NCBI GenBank assembly: GCA_041287245.1
Contig: JBEULP010000003.1
Span: 132,530 to 196,529 of the forward strand
Direction: 5' to 3'
Origin: Infirmifilum sp.
GTDB lineage: Archaea; Thermoproteota; Thermoprotei; Thermofilales; Thermofilaceae
Length of the DNA: 64,000 nucleotides
A model generated the notes under the pieces. The model worked only from the letters and a program-made list of their open reading frames with translations, ran no database searches and was not told the DNA's origin. The position numbers and the translations under genes are program-made. Positions 28,920-39,995 of this stretch are shown one piece after another. Every line of letters starts with the position of its first letter. Position 1 is the first letter of the stretch.

Positions 28920-31124
28920 CTAAGGCCCGAGAAAGTCCTCTAGGCGTGGCAGCTTCTTGGGTAGTCCTTTGCGCTCCCGTATCGCAAGTGCTATTTCTTC
29001 AAGCTGTGAGGAGGGAACAGGAGCCCACCTGTAGAACTCATAGGCGAAGAATGCACGACCCTGCGTTGCTTCTCGCAGCTCATCCGCGATGTTAAAGCTT
29101 TCTGCCACTGGTAGTTCCGCCAGTACGCGCATAACCATTCCTTTTTCCTCCATTCCTAGTATCTTACCTCTATGCCTGTTAAGCACGTTTAACACGCCGC
29201 TTACCTGCGCTGTCGGGACCTTTACATCCACCTTGAGTATCGGCTCTAGAAGAGTAGGCTTAGCTGACAATAGAGTTGCCATGATGCTGTTCTTCGTGGC
29301 AGGCATTATCTGAGCTGGGCCTCGGTGGGCGGGGTCTTCATGGAGGACTGCGTCCACTAAAACCACTTTCACACCTCTAACCGGCTCTTGTGCAAGGGGT
29401 CCCGCCTCCATCGTCCAGCGGAATCCCTGTATTATCGTGTCTTTAACCTCCCTAAGGTACTGTAGACCTGTTGTTCTGTTTACTATAATGTTGAGGTTCT
29501 CGTCTATATCCCAGATGTTACGTGCCTCATCAGTGTCCCAGCCTGCATACTCTCTTAGAATCTGAGCCCGCTCGCGCCAGTCTTGATCGGCAAATACCTT
29601 ACCTTCCTGGAGTAACTTTATAGTCTCTTCATTGAGTGGCTCAGCAAAGAAGTAGAGCTTGTTGTGTTTGTTCGGGGACTTGCCCTCGAATACTTGGCCT
29701 TTTTCACGAATTGTCTCTCGGTATCTGACAATGGGTGGGGAGGTTACTATTTCTATGCCCGTTCTCTGTTTCAATTCCCACAGCGTGATTTCAAGGTGGA
29801 GTGTTCCAACACCACTCAAAAGGTATTCCCCTGTTTCCTGGTTAATATAGACCTTGAGCGTCGGGTCTTCTATGGCGAGCTTTCGCAGTATGTCGACAAG
29901 CTTAGGCAGGTCACTGCTCTTCTTAGGCTCAAGAGCAATTGTCACAACGGGCTCCGCTACATATGTTAGATGCTCAAAGGGAGTCATTGTCTCTTTAAAC
30001 TTTACATCTATGACGGTTTCACCAGCACGGGCTTTTTCCAGACCTAGCATAGCTACAATGTTCCCAGCCGATATCTGCTCCGTCTTTTCCCTATAGGGTC
30101 CCATGTAAAGCCCTACCTGGAGCACTCGAGACGTATCCTTAGCGTTCAGCAAGTAGACTTCCTGGCCTTCCGTGACAGTTCCACTGAAGACCCTTCCCGT
30201 GGCGACATGCCCGGCATGGGGGTCGATCGTTATCTTACTAACAGCTACAACGGTAGGTCCATCTGGGTCGCATTCAAGCATGGCTTTTCCAATCTCACTG
30301 TTGAGATCTCCATGCCAGAGCTTAGGCACCCTGTAACGCTGTGCTTCTCGCGGGTTCGGGATGTGTTCTACAACCATATCCAGTAAGGCCACGTAGAGTG
30401 GAAAATCCTGAGCGAGCTGTTCCTTGTTGTCGTGCAGGTAGGCGTCTACAATATAGTCGAACTTAACGCCCTTCTGCGCCGCTAGGGGAACCGTTAACCC
30501 CCACTTGTGAAGCGCGCTGCCGAAGGCGACTTGGCCTTTCGCAAAGTCGACCTTCCACTTATCCTTAAACTCCTTGTCCGCGTAGAGGTCTATAAGCGCG
30601 TTAAACTCTTTCACTATCTCGATAAACCGCTGCTGAATCTCTTTCTGCTCTAGACGTAGCTCTTTGATTAGCCTGTCAACCTTGTTGATGTATAGGAGTG
30701 GCCTGACGTACTCCTGGAGAGCCTGCCTTACAACAGTCTCTGTCTGCGTCATAACTCCTTCTACAGCGTCTACGACTACTATACCGCCGTCCATCATCCT
30801 TAGACTTCTCGTAACATGCCCTGTGAAGTCAACGTGTCCTGGCGTGTCGACTAGGTTGATTACGTATGGTTTACCCTGCCACTCGTGGTAGAGTGAAACG
30901 TTAGCAGCCTTGACTGTCATCTGTCTCAGCTGTTCGATTTCCACGTAGTCTAGCGCAAGTGCCTGTCCAGCAACCTTAGGGCTTAAAATTCCAGCCCCCA
31001 TTAACAACGAGTCAGATGTCGTGGTCTTCCCGTGGTCGACATGTGCTAAAGTACCTATGTTTCTAACCTGCTCTACGTTGCGCATTATCTTTACTATATC
31101 AGAGACCTGTTTGTAGCGAACCAT
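28920..31124 (-). CDS. fusA: Translation elongation factor 2
   Basis: AHVDHGKTT, DTPGHVDF, NKVD, SPNKHN and diphthamide loop LHEDPAHRG. Confidence 0.98.
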   Translation of the reverse strand: MVRYKQVSDIVKIMRNVEQVRNIGTLAHVDHGKTTTSDSLLMGAGILSPKVAGQALALDYVEIEQLRQMTVKAANVSLYHEWQGKPYVINLVDTPGHVDFTGHVTRSLRMMDGGIVVVDAVEGVMTQTETVVRQALQEYVRPLLYINKVDRLIKELRLEQKEIQQRFIEIVKEFNALIDLYADKEFKDKWKVDFAKGQVAFGSALHKWGLTVPLAAQKGVKFDYIVDAYLHDNKEQLAQDFPLYVALLDMVVEHIPNPREAQRYRVPKLWHGDLNSEIGKAMLECDPDGPTVVAVSKITIDPHAGHVATGRVFSGTVTEGQEVYLLNAKDTSRVLQVGLYMGPYREKTEQISAGNIVAMLGLEKARAGETVIDVKFKETMTPFEHLTYVAEPVVTIALEPKKSSDLPKLVDILRKLAIEDPTLKVYINQETGEYLLSGVGTLHLEITLWELKQRTGIEIVTSPPIVRYRETIREKGQVFEGKSPNKHNKLYFFAEPLNEETIKLLQEGKVFADQDWRERAQILREYAGWDTDEARNIWDIDENLNIIVNRTTGLQYLREVKDTIIQGFRWTMEAGPLAQEPVRGVKVVLVDAVLHEDPAHRGPAQIMPATKNSIMATLLSAKPTLLEPILKVDVKVPTAQVSGVLNVLNRHRGKILGMEEKGMVMRVLAELPVAESFNIADELREATQGRAFFAYEFYRWAPVPSSQLEEIALAIRERKGLPKKLPRLEDFLGP

Positions 31125-31235
31125 TCCTTTACACCTATAGTCGCATACGAAAAACGTTAAACCTTTTATAAAATCTTCGGAGTTATAGCCGTTCCACGGG
31201 CGAATAAAAACCAGTAATATGATTCGCGCGCGGAA

Positions 31236-32843
31236 TTAGAGGTGCTTGTCGGCTATTTCCCTAAACCGCTGCGAATATTTACGAAGGTCGTTTTCAAGAG
31301 ACTCAGCCTTTTCCTTGTAGCTTTTCTTGTCCAGCTTGCCCACCCTGTAGTCGCGCTCTAGCTTTTCGATTTCTCTTAGGGTTTGCTGAATGTTGTTCTT
31401 GAGGCTTGAAAGCTCGTTTGCTATAGCGCGACCAGCGTCTCCTAGCTGTCCTAGTATCTTTGCAGTCTCTGTCTCGATAATATTATCCCTCTTCTCGTAT
31501 TCTCTGATCACGGCAGTTATCTTGGCGGTGCCCGCCTTTCTCTCTCGAAGGCTTTTCAGGTTTTCAAGCATTGAGAGTAGGAGCTCTTCCCTGCGCACCA
31601 AGTTCCTATAGATGGTTTCCGACGTCTCTGCAGCCAGACGTGTTTTCTCCAATGCTTTTTCCTTGGCGCGCATAGTCTCTGAGCGTCGTAGCCTTATCAC
31701 TGAGAATATCCCGGCAGCTAGTAGACCGAGAATAATCACCCCTAATGCTAGTATTGAAGTCAAGCTCAAGGTAGAGGTTGGAACTATACTTACATTCGAG
31801 ACGGAGACCATCGGATATATCTCCGCTTGGAGCAGGGGGCCGACAGGTTTAAGCACATAGCAGTGGAGGCTTCCTTGAAGAGTCTCTTCTAGCAGGAGAT
31901 TTTGAGGAACTGTTAGGGAGCCGTGGACGCAAAGCCTAATACTGTATTTTTCGATTGTGGGGCCTAGTCCTAGATACGCGTCTATCAGGTTCGTATAATT
32001 CCTGTGATATTGTAGGGTAAGGATGGTCTTCTGACCTGTCAGCTGCACGGAGGACATAAGATTGATTAAGACTAAGGTGGAGTTGGACGAGTTATAGATG
32101 TGCCAGTAGTTTTTAGGATAGGGCCCCAGCAAGCCCTCAGCGCCATCGAAAACATAGCTTTTCGGCAAGTTTATTGATAGAGTTGTTATTGGGAAGTTCG
32201 AAAGCGCAAGTATCTCAACGGCGTCCTCATATACAATCTTGTCTTTTTCAATGAATATTGTCCTGTTCAGGCTTGATACTTTTCCAACCGGGATCTGAGC
32301 GACGGATGCATTGCCGTTAATAATGTCAAACACACCGGGCGCTACGGTGATATTATAGTTAACTTGGGAGCCCTGAACCTTCCCTAGGGTGGAGTTTAAG
32401 GTAAAACCAGTCGTAAATGTAGCTGATCCTGTGACATTTGTAGTGAATCCAAGCGGGCTAAGCGGTACAGGGAGTTTCAGAAAGACACTACTTGCGGTAG
32501 TGTTGATCGCGTCGAACACAAAGGTGAAGTTGATTTTTCTTGACGGAGCATTGAAACTAAAGCTTATAATGTTGTTTATCTTGTTCGCCATAACAACCTT
32601 CTGGTCCTCGCCTCTCGCAAACGCCAAGACAAGCTTATCGGTAAATCCTGTGAGATTAAAGGAGATTGACGAGACCCCACTCGGCAGCTCTAAGTGGTAG
32701 AAAACTAGTCCGTAGCCGTACTCAATTCTACTCGTTACACTAGCCTTTGCTGGAACGGAAGGCTGCGAAGCTGCCAAGGAAAGTTCAATGAATAATAGGG
32801 CTAGAATTGCTCCCATGAGACAACTTAAGGCTTTTCGCTTCAT
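31236..32843 (-). CDS. Hypothetical single-pass membrane glycoprotein (signal peptide, beta-rich ectodomain, TM helix, cytoplasmic coiled coil); possibly ribophorin I-like
   Basis: Hydrophobic N-terminus, many N-x-S/T sequons, TM segment LALGVIILGLLAAGIFSVI, charged helical tail. Confidence 0.75.
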   Translation of the reverse strand: MKRKALSCLMGAILALLFIELSLAASQPSVPAKASVTSRIEYGYGLVFYHLELPSGVSSISFNLTGFTDKLVLAFARGEDQKVVMANKINNIISFSFNAPSRKINFTFVFDAINTTASSVFLKLPVPLSPLGFTTNVTGSATFTTGFTLNSTLGKVQGSQVNYNITVAPGVFDIINGNASVAQIPVGKVSSLNRTIFIEKDKIVYEDAVEILALSNFPITTLSINLPKSYVFDGAEGLLGPYPKNYWHIYNSSNSTLVLINLMSSVQLTGQKTILTLQYHRNYTNLIDAYLGLGPTIEKYSIRLCVHGSLTVPQNLLLEETLQGSLHCYVLKPVGPLLQAEIYPMVSVSNVSIVPTSTLSLTSILALGVIILGLLAAGIFSVIRLRRSETMRAKEKALEKTRLAAETSETIYRNLVRREELLLSMLENLKSLRERKAGTAKITAVIREYEKRDNIIETETAKILGQLGDAGRAIANELSSLKNNIQQTLREIEKLERDYRVGKLDKKSYKEKAESLENDLRKYSQRFREIADKHL

Positions 32844-32938
32844 CTTAATCCCCTAGCTTAAACCGGCTCGATTATAATTATTTTCCGTAAAACACCAGGG
32901 TTAAAAAAGCTTGGTTTGGTTGTTTTTTAGGGGTAGCT

Positions 32939-34222
32939 GTGAGGATATTCATTGAAACTTTCGGCTGCTGGCTGAACAAGGGAGAGAGTAATATAATGAG
33001 AACTCTCTTACGCGAAGCTGGGCACGAGATAGTGGATTCTCCTGAAAAAGCGGACGTTGCCGTCATAAACACGTGCGCCGTCAGAGGCGACACTGAGACG
33101 AAGATCTTCCGAGAGCTCAAAAATCTAAACAACCTAAGAACCAACGCTGGGTTTAGAGTTGTAGTCACAGGGTGCCTGGTAAACGTGAGGCCTAAGTCCA
33201 TTCTAGAGATTATTCCTGATGCTAGTCTCGTCGAGCCTGACTCTCTTGAGAAAATTGTAGAGGTGGTGGAGAGTCCTGTTCAAAAATTCCTGCTGCGACG
33301 GTACTCCGGCGATAGGACTGTTTTGCCAGAGTTTGAAGGAGGGGTCACATACATTCTACCAATACAATCGGGATGTCTAGGTGCCTGCTCGTTCTGCATA
33401 GAGTGGGTTACGCGTGGACTCGGCGTGAAGAGCTATCCCGTCGAGCAGATTGTTAAGGCGGTTGAGAAAGCTGTGAAGAAGGGGGCTAAGGAGATATATC
33501 TTGTCGGACAAGATCTTGCGACATACGGCTATGACCTAGGAATTAATCTTGCGGCGCTTATTGAGAGAATTCTCGTAGAGGTAGACGGAGAGTATCGCTT
33601 GAGGCTAGGTATGATGGAGCCCATGCTGCTCTCGACGCAGATAGAAAGACTGATTAGCTTCATGAAAGACGAAAGGATTTACAGGTACTTCCACGTACCC
33701 GTCCAATCAGGCGATGACCGCGTTTTGAAGGCTATGAACCGTAAGTATACTGTTGCTGAATACCGAGAGCTCGTAGGGAAAATACGTTCTACAGGGATCC
33801 CTTCAAGCGTTGTGACCGACCTTATTGTAGGCTTTCCAGGGGAGGACGAGGAGGCCTTTAAGAGCTCTCTCAAGCTGATAGAGGACCTTATGTTCGACAA
33901 GGTTCATGTTGCTAGATACACTCTCCGACCTTTCACGAAAGGCTATACCATGAAAGGTCTACCGGAACCCGTGAAAAAACTAAGGAGCAAGATAGCCACG
34001 GAGATCTCCTTGAAGGTTGCTTACGAAGTCAACAAGAAATACATCGGTAAAACAACAAAGGTTTTAGTAAACACGACTTCTCCCAGAGGCGACTTCATGG
34101 GCCGTACGCCAGAATACAAGCCAGTAGTATTCAAAGGCTATGAGCTCACCCCCGGTACGTTTGTAAAAGCGAGGATAACGGAGGCGTCTTCACTAAACCT
34201 GATAGGGGAGGTTCTCGACTAG
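32939..34222 (+). CDS. tRNA methylthiotransferase, MiaB/MtaB family (radical SAM)
   Basis: TFGCWLN, NTCAV, TGC, GCLGACSFC, HVPVQSG, IVGFPGE and C-terminal TRAM domain. Confidence 0.9.
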   Translation: MRIFIETFGCWLNKGESNIMRTLLREAGHEIVDSPEKADVAVINTCAVRGDTETKIFRELKNLNNLRTNAGFRVVVTGCLVNVRPKSILEIIPDASLVEPDSLEKIVEVVESPVQKFLLRRYSGDRTVLPEFEGGVTYILPIQSGCLGACSFCIEWVTRGLGVKSYPVEQIVKAVEKAVKKGAKEIYLVGQDLATYGYDLGINLAALIERILVEVDGEYRLRLGMMEPMLLSTQIERLISFMKDERIYRYFHVPVQSGDDRVLKAMNRKYTVAEYRELVGKIRSTGIPSSVVTDLIVGFPGEDEEAFKSSLKLIEDLMFDKVHVARYTLRPFTKGYTMKGLPEPVKKLRSKIATEISLKVAYEVNKKYIGKTTKVLVNTTSPRGDFMGRTPEYKPVVFKGYELTPGTFVKARITEASSLNLIGEVLD

Positions 34223-35532
34223 AGGTTCCAGCTTTCAAGGTATCTTCTCTGCTCCTCTGTAAGCGTTTCGATGCTAACCCCTAACGCTCTAAGCTTGAGC
34301 AGTGCTATTTGGTTGTCAATGCTGCGCGGGAGCCTGTAGATTTTCCTCCTAAGCTTGCCGCCCTTCCTCCAAAGGGCTTCAACCGCTAAAGCCTGGTTTC
34401 CAAAGGAGAGATCCATGACCTCGCTTGGGTGCCCCTCAGCTGCAGCCAGGTTTACAAGCCTTCCCTCTGCGATGAGATAAACTCTTCTACCGTTGGGAAG
34501 AATATACTCCTTTACGTTCTCGTTAATGCTTCGCGACCCCGTTGCTATTTTTTCAAGGTCGCGCACCGAAATCTCAACGTTAAAGTGCCCCGCGTTCGCA
34601 AGTATAGCGCCATCCTTCATCTTGAGGAAGTGTTCGGCGCGTATCACGTCGGTATTTCCCGTAGCAGTTATAAAGACATCACCAGTCTCGGCAGCCGAAG
34701 CCATGTCTGTGACGTAAAAGCCCTCATAATACGCCTCGAGGGCGCGGACAGGGTCTACCTCAACCACTGCAACACGGGCACCCATCCCGCGTGCTCGCCA
34801 CGCCACACCCCGTCCAACCCAACCGTAACCTGCTACAACGACATTTTTCCCAGCTAGTAAGATGTTTGTTGCCCGGAGAATGCCATCTATCGATGACTGC
34901 CCCGTGCCGAACCTATTATCAAACATGAACTTCGTGAGTGAATCGTTTACCGCGATCACGGGATAAAGGAGCCTATCCTGCTTTTGGAGAGCCCTTAACC
35001 TTATAACACCCGTCGTCGTCTCCTCAGTCCCACCCCTAATCCTTTTAACGGCCTCTGGGTCGATAACTCTAGACCCAAGCTCGTAGTCTAAGCCAGACTT
35101 CTCGCCTAGGGCTATCTTATGAAGCATCACAGTTAAATCAGCGCCATCGTCCATGGTTATATCGGGTTGAATCGAGGCAGCCGAGGCTATAGCGGAGAAG
35201 TACTCTTCCTCGCTCATACCTCTCCAAGCATAAACGTGAATGCCCTCCCGTGCAAGATACGCTGCAACATGATCCTGCGTAGACAACGGGTTCGAGGCAG
35301 CGAGGGCGACCGTTGCTCCGCCGTCACGCAACGTAAGCATCAACACAGCAGTCTCCTTCGTAACATGCATACAGGCAGCTATCCTTACGCCCGTTAACGG
35401 CTGCTCCTTTAAAAAGCGCTCACGTATGAGTCCCAATACAGGCATGTGGCGTTGAGCCCACTCTACTGAGTTTTTCCCCTTCTCATACAAAGAGATATCC
35501 TTTACCTTATAATCGTCTGGCAAGCGCGACAC
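34219..35532 (-). CDS. ahcY: Adenosylhomocysteinase
   Basis: SNPLSTQD, DDGADL, EETTTG, GYGWVGRG and GRLVNL...GHP. Confidence 0.97.
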   Translation of the reverse strand: MSRLPDDYKVKDISLYEKGKNSVEWAQRHMPVLGLIRERFLKEQPLTGVRIAACMHVTKETAVLMLTLRDGGATVALAASNPLSTQDHVAAYLAREGIHVYAWRGMSEEEYFSAIASAASIQPDITMDDGADLTVMLHKIALGEKSGLDYELGSRVIDPEAVKRIRGGTEETTTGVIRLRALQKQDRLLYPVIAVNDSLTKFMFDNRFGTGQSSIDGILRATNILLAGKNVVVAGYGWVGRGVAWRARGMGARVAVVEVDPVRALEAYYEGFYVTDMASAAETGDVFITATGNTDVIRAEHFLKMKDGAILANAGHFNVEISVRDLEKIATGSRSINENVKEYILPNGRRVYLIAEGRLVNLAAAEGHPSEVMDLSFGNQALAVEALWRKGGKLRRKIYRLPRSIDNQIALLKLRALGVSIETLTEEQRRYLESWNL

Positions 35533-35590
35533 CAGTCTACGTTTAGCATACCTGCTTAACTACTTTTCCCATAAAAAACTGTGAGAAAAA

Positions 35591-36391
35591 TCACAAGAGA
35601 GCCTCATCAAGATAATTTGCGCACTGACACGAGCGTTTTTCTGGAATTCTGGGGATAAGAGCGGTTAAAAGCCTTCTAACCTTATCCGTATTTTCAGCCA
35701 TTACCCGCGTAACCTCTTGGGCGGTGACAGGCTTCTCAGCCCACACATCGTAATCTGTTACCATAGCTATGTTTAGGAAGCACATCCTAGCCTCGCGCGC
35801 CAGGTTGACCTCTGGCACTAACGTCATGCCCACGACATCGGCGCCGAACTGCCTCCAAAGCCGAGACTCCGCCCTTGTGGAGAATCGCGGCCCCTCGATG
35901 CATATATAGGTTCCCCTCTCATGCATCTGGATGCCGAGTTCCCGCGCTGCTGCGATGCAGTGGTGGCTAAGCTCGGGACAAAACGGGTCAGCCATCGAGA
36001 CATGCGCCACTGTAGGTCCATCGTAGAACGTGTATTCGCGGTTCTTAGTCATATCGATAAACTGGTCCGTGCATACGAAGTCCCCCGGTTTATAGTCTTC
36101 TCGAAGGCTTCCAACAGCTGAAACAGAGATCAGCCGCTCCACGCCCAGTTCCTTAAAAGCCCAGATATTAGCACGATAGTTTATCTTGTGAGGTGGAATT
36201 GAATGCTTTCTCCCATGACGAGGGAGAAAAGCCACGGTAACCCCTTTTATCTCGCCTATCATGATGTCGCTGCTAGGGGCTCCGAACGGCGTATAAACCT
36301 TGATTTCACGGACGTTTTCGAGAAAATCTGGAGAGTATAACCCGGAGCCGCCTATTATTCCAATCCTAACTTTTGGAGGTGTTTTCTGCAT
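35591..36391 (-). CDS. mtnP: S-methyl-5'-thioadenosine phosphorylase
   Basis: GIIGGSG, RHGRKH, EGPRFST, GMT and VTDYD. Confidence 0.93.
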   Translation of the reverse strand: MQKTPPKVRIGIIGGSGLYSPDFLENVREIKVYTPFGAPSSDIMIGEIKGVTVAFLPRHGRKHSIPPHKINYRANIWAFKELGVERLISVSAVGSLREDYKPGDFVCTDQFIDMTKNREYTFYDGPTVAHVSMADPFCPELSHHCIAAARELGIQMHERGTYICIEGPRFSTRAESRLWRQFGADVVGMTLVPEVNLAREARMCFLNIAMVTDYDVWAEKPVTAQEVTRVMAENTDKVRRLLTALIPRIPEKRSCQCANYLDEALL

Positions 36392-36440
36392 TGATAAATA
36401 AATGGATCCTTGGATGTATAAATTTTCTGTGCGTGTGAAT

Positions 36441-37397
36441 TTACATGTTCAGTATAAATTCATCGCTGTATACGGCTTGAAAACCAAGCTCTCCCGAAAC
36501 ATAAGCAGCAAAATCTTTACGGAAGCCACAAACTGGTACTACTACCTGGGGGTTGCTCTCCCTAACGTAGTCGACTAGTTGCTTGAAATCGCCGTGGCTG
36601 CTTAAAGGCAAACCGCCCCTTGTTGCCCAGCCTGTAAGTGATATGGTTCGGATTTTTCTCGGGAACTTGCGTGAGAGCCTGGCAACGAGTGGCGCGCCGG
36701 GGGTAGGCGTATCGCTAATCGCGTACCTCCCTAGAAATTCGCCGAATTCTTCGAAAACTTGATTATAAATGGCTATCTCGGGCTCGACGAGAACGGGAAG
36801 CCTGGTCGCCATGCTTATCAGTGCTGTGACTTCTTGTGCAACTCCCAGTTTCCTAGCTTTAAGAACAACTTCTCCGTCGTCCTCCTTGATTAGGGAGAGC
36901 AGTTTAGAGTAGAGTTCCTTCCTGGAAGGAAAAACATATATGGGGAGACCGTAGGTTGCGTCGATAAAAAGGATATCTCCCTTCACCGGCTTGCCTGGCT
37001 CGAGAATAACCCTTTTCTCCATGTTAAAGTCGCCAGTGTAGACAACCCGTATCCCGGCTATCTCGAGTCTGAACTGTAGGCTTCCAAGGATGTGTCCCGC
37101 ATGAAAAGCTTCAACCCTTATACCGTTAAACTCCGCGGTTTCACCCGGGTTTATTTCACGGACGTTCCTCAATGTGCCGTGGGGGTCAATGATCCTTTTA
37201 GAGGCCGTGCTCATCAATATAGGGGTCGTCTGGGAGACTTTTCTAAGGAGACTTGGCGAGTAGTGGTCTCGATGCGCATGCGAGACTAGGATCAAGTCTG
37301 GCTTTTTCCCCTTCAGCGTGAGCGGGTCGAATGCTACTCGTGTGGAACTCGTTTCGAGAAAAACGCCCTTGTTCACTTGAACGGAGACTTTTCGCAT
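36441..37397 (-). CDS. Metallo-beta-lactamase/beta-CASP family nuclease
   Basis: [23 protein letters not shown] and LSSHGD. Confidence 0.8.
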   Translation of the reverse strand: MRKVSVQVNKGVFLETSSTRVAFDPLTLKGKKPDLILVSHAHRDHYSPSLLRKVSQTTPILMSTASKRIIDPHGTLRNVREINPGETAEFNGIRVEAFHAGHILGSLQFRLEIAGIRVVYTGDFNMEKRVILEPGKPVKGDILFIDATYGLPIYVFPSRKELYSKLLSLIKEDDGEVVLKARKLGVAQEVTALISMATRLPVLVEPEIAIYNQVFEEFGEFLGRYAISDTPTPGAPLVARLSRKFPRKIRTISLTGWATRGGLPLSSHGDFKQLVDYVRESNPQVVVPVCGFRKDFAAYVSGELGFQAVYSDEFILNM

Positions 37398-37414
37398 AGA
37401 TTATTCAGACCTAG

Positions 37415-38086
37415 CTAGAGTACGAGGATTTTTTCTCCTATGATTCTCACTTTGCCGAGGCTTGCAAGCCGGTTGATTGCTATCTTGTAGTAACGTTCTC
37501 CAACGTCTATGCCGTACCACTCCTTAAACTCGGCGACGAGGTCGCTGTAGGTCCACTCTTTCTTTCCGCTCTTGCTATGCTCGTTGAGTATCTTCTCGAA
37601 GAAGTTGGTGGTATCTTCAGCCCGTGTCCATGGGTACTGGTACCACACCCACTCTTTGACCTCGTCTACATAGTATTCCGGTTTAATCTTAGCCACGCTG
37701 CTGATCCATTGCATAACCGCAACCCGTATCTCAGCAGGCGAATAGTGCTTCTCGATGTACTCCTTCGCAGTGATAATCGAGTCGCCAGTATCGCATATAT
37801 CATCGACTAGGAGAACTTTCTTATTCTTCAGCTCCGCCTGGAACCCATACTTTACGTGAGCGACAGCCGTTATTTCGGCTGCGCGTCCCCAGTGGAGCAC
37901 CTGGATGCTTACTAGATCGTTAATGTCGAGGAAGTCGCAGAGAAGCCTAGCGGGGACGTATCCTCCGCGCGCGATGGAGACGACGATGTCGGGCTTCCAA
38001 CCGCTTTTCTCAATTATGTTCGAGAGGTTATAGGTCCAGTCTACGATTTCATCCCATGATACAAGCTTCGTGTTAATCTTGGGCAC
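37415..38086 (-). CDS. Purine phosphoribosyltransferase family protein
   Basis: IARGG, VLLVDDICDTGDS PRPP motif and YPW. Confidence 0.88.
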   Translation of the reverse strand: MPKINTKLVSWDEIVDWTYNLSNIIEKSGWKPDIVVSIARGGYVPARLLCDFLDINDLVSIQVLHWGRAAEITAVAHVKYGFQAELKNKKVLLVDDICDTGDSIITAKEYIEKHYSPAEIRVAVMQWISSVAKIKPEYYVDEVKEWVWYQYPWTRAEDTTNFFEKILNEHSKSGKKEWTYSDLVAEFKEWYGIDVGERYYKIAINRLASLGKVRIIGEKILVL

Positions 38087-38138
38087 AATTAGTTTTTATT
38101 AGCATGCGCGATAAAAATTCTTTGTGTCTAGTGGAATT

Positions 38139-38702
38139 ATGGAAGCAGGGGGCAATAAGGTAAAGGCAGTCTTACTAGGTAAAAACATAGTTGTGCTCGA
38201 CCGTGAAAAAGCCAATTCCCTCTATTTTCGAAGCGGTTTTTACGGACGTTTCTTCACAGTACCTAAGCCGAAGACCCCTGATGTTAGGAAAGAGCTAGAG
38301 CTCTCCTTTTTTGACGCCCTTTACCTACTGGAGAAGGGGTATCTTGAGTTATACGATGAAAACCTTGAAACCGTAACTCCCCAGGAGTTCAGGGAGGTCG
38401 CCAGGAGATTTTATGAGAATTTTGATGATGCCTATGCGGTTTACAAGGATCTGCGCGATAGAGGCTACATTGTTAAATCAGGGATGAAGTTTGGCTCCAC
38501 ATTCGCCGTCTACAAGGTGGGGCCCGGCTTCGACCACGCACCGTTCCTTGTCCACGTCTTAAACTATGACAGCAAACTAGACCCTCTTGAAATAATCAGG
38601 GCTGGGAGGCTGTCGCACTCGGTTAGGAAGAAGTTCCTCCTAGCCTACAGAGACCCCGTCGACGGAAGAATACGATACTTCGTCTTCAGATGGCTTATGT
38701 GA
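38139..38702 (+). CDS. endA: tRNA-intron endonuclease, catalytic subunit
   Basis: VYKDLRDRGY, SGMKFG, catalytic Y/H/K in FAVY..GPG..HAP and HSVRKK. Confidence 0.93.
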   Translation: MEAGGNKVKAVLLGKNIVVLDREKANSLYFRSGFYGRFFTVPKPKTPDVRKELELSFFDALYLLEKGYLELYDENLETVTPQEFREVARRFYENFDDAYAVYKDLRDRGYIVKSGMKFGSTFAVYKVGPGFDHAPFLVHVLNYDSKLDPLEIIRAGRLSHSVRKKFLLAYRDPVDGRIRYFVFRWLM

Positions 38703-38767
38703 TGCTGAGAATAACAGGGAAAAGGAGTTTCCCAAGTTTGCACATAAACTTATATTTTTAACTTAAA

Positions 38768-39979
38768 GTGACTCATACTGTGCCTGTTCAAGTTGGTGTT
38801 GTAGGCAAGCCTAATACCGGTAAGTCTACGTTCTTTGCCGCAGCCACCTTGATAGATGTTAAGCGAGCCCCCTATCCATTCACAACGATCAACCCAAACG
38901 TGGGTATCGGATATGTGAAGCTTAAATGCGTGTGCAAGGAGCTGGGCGTCCAGGATAATCCAAGAAACTCCATTTGTATCAACGGGTGGAGGTTTGTACC
39001 AGTAGAGTTGATCGATGTTGCAGGTCTTGTTCCTGGAGCTTGGGAGGGACGCGGTATGGGAAACATGTTTCTAGACCACCTTAGAAGAGCGCCCGTGCTG
39101 CTTCACGTTATAGATGCTGCTGGAGCTACAGATGAGGAGGGGCGTCCAGTGAAGCCGGGGACTCATGATCCTATGGAGGACATAGAGTTCCTGGAGCGTG
39201 AGATTGTGATGTGGATGTTCCAAATAATTTCCAAGGACTGGGACAAGATTTCCAAGCTGATAGACCTGCAGAAGAAGTTCGACGAGCTCTACAATCGTTT
39301 CAGCGGCCTCGGCATTAAGCCGGAGGTGGTGCAGAGGGTGATAGATGAGCTGGGGCTTTACACGAAAAAGGCGACGCTGTGGAGCAAGGAGGATCTCGTG
39401 AATCTGGTGGCTCAGATACGGGAAAAGGCGAAGCCGATAGTACTTGTCGCCAACAAGGCTGATCTCGACCCAGCCGAGGATAATATAAAGAGGATGATTA
39501 AGGAGCTAGGGTCCAGGTATAAGATAATACCATCAAGTGCGGAGGCGGAACTTGCGCTTAAGAAAGCCGCAAAGGCCGGTTTAATTGAATATATCCCCGG
39601 CGAGGGAAACTTTGAGATCAAGGGGGCTTTGAAGCCTGAGCAGGAGAAAGCTTTGGAATATATTCGCGAGAAGGTGTTGAAACGCTGGGGTAGCACCGGT
39701 GTGCAGGGCGCCTTAGACACAGCTGTCTTCGACGTTCTCGGCATGATAGCGGTGTACCCCGTGGAAAACGAGAAGAAGTATACTGACCACCAGGGCAATG
39801 TGCTTCCGGACGTCTTCCTTATACCCTCAGGCAGTACCGCTAGGGATCTTGCCTATGCAATCCATACGGATCTAGGGGAGCGCTTTGTGTCTGCAATCGA
39901 TGCAAGGACGGGCAGGCGGATAGGGGCTGATGAGAAGCTTGCCCATCGAATGGTAGTGAAAATCGTGGCGCGAGGCTAA
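38768..39979 (+). CDS. ychF: YchF/Ola1-family GTPase/ATPase with TGS domain
   Basis: GKPNTGKST, YPFTT, DVAGLVPGA, NKAD and IHTD. Confidence 0.92.
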   Translation: MTHTVPVQVGVVGKPNTGKSTFFAAATLIDVKRAPYPFTTINPNVGIGYVKLKCVCKELGVQDNPRNSICINGWRFVPVELIDVAGLVPGAWEGRGMGNMFLDHLRRAPVLLHVIDAAGATDEEGRPVKPGTHDPMEDIEFLEREIVMWMFQIISKDWDKISKLIDLQKKFDELYNRFSGLGIKPEVVQRVIDELGLYTKKATLWSKEDLVNLVAQIREKAKPIVLVANKADLDPAEDNIKRMIKELGSRYKIIPSSAEAELALKKAAKAGLIEYIPGEGNFEIKGALKPEQEKALEYIREKVLKRWGSTGVQGALDTAVFDVLGMIAVYPVENEKKYTDHQGNVLPDVFLIPSGSTARDLAYAIHTDLGERFVSAIDARTGRRIGADEKLAHRMVVKIVARG

Positions 39980-39995
39980 AAACAGGTGTCTCTTC

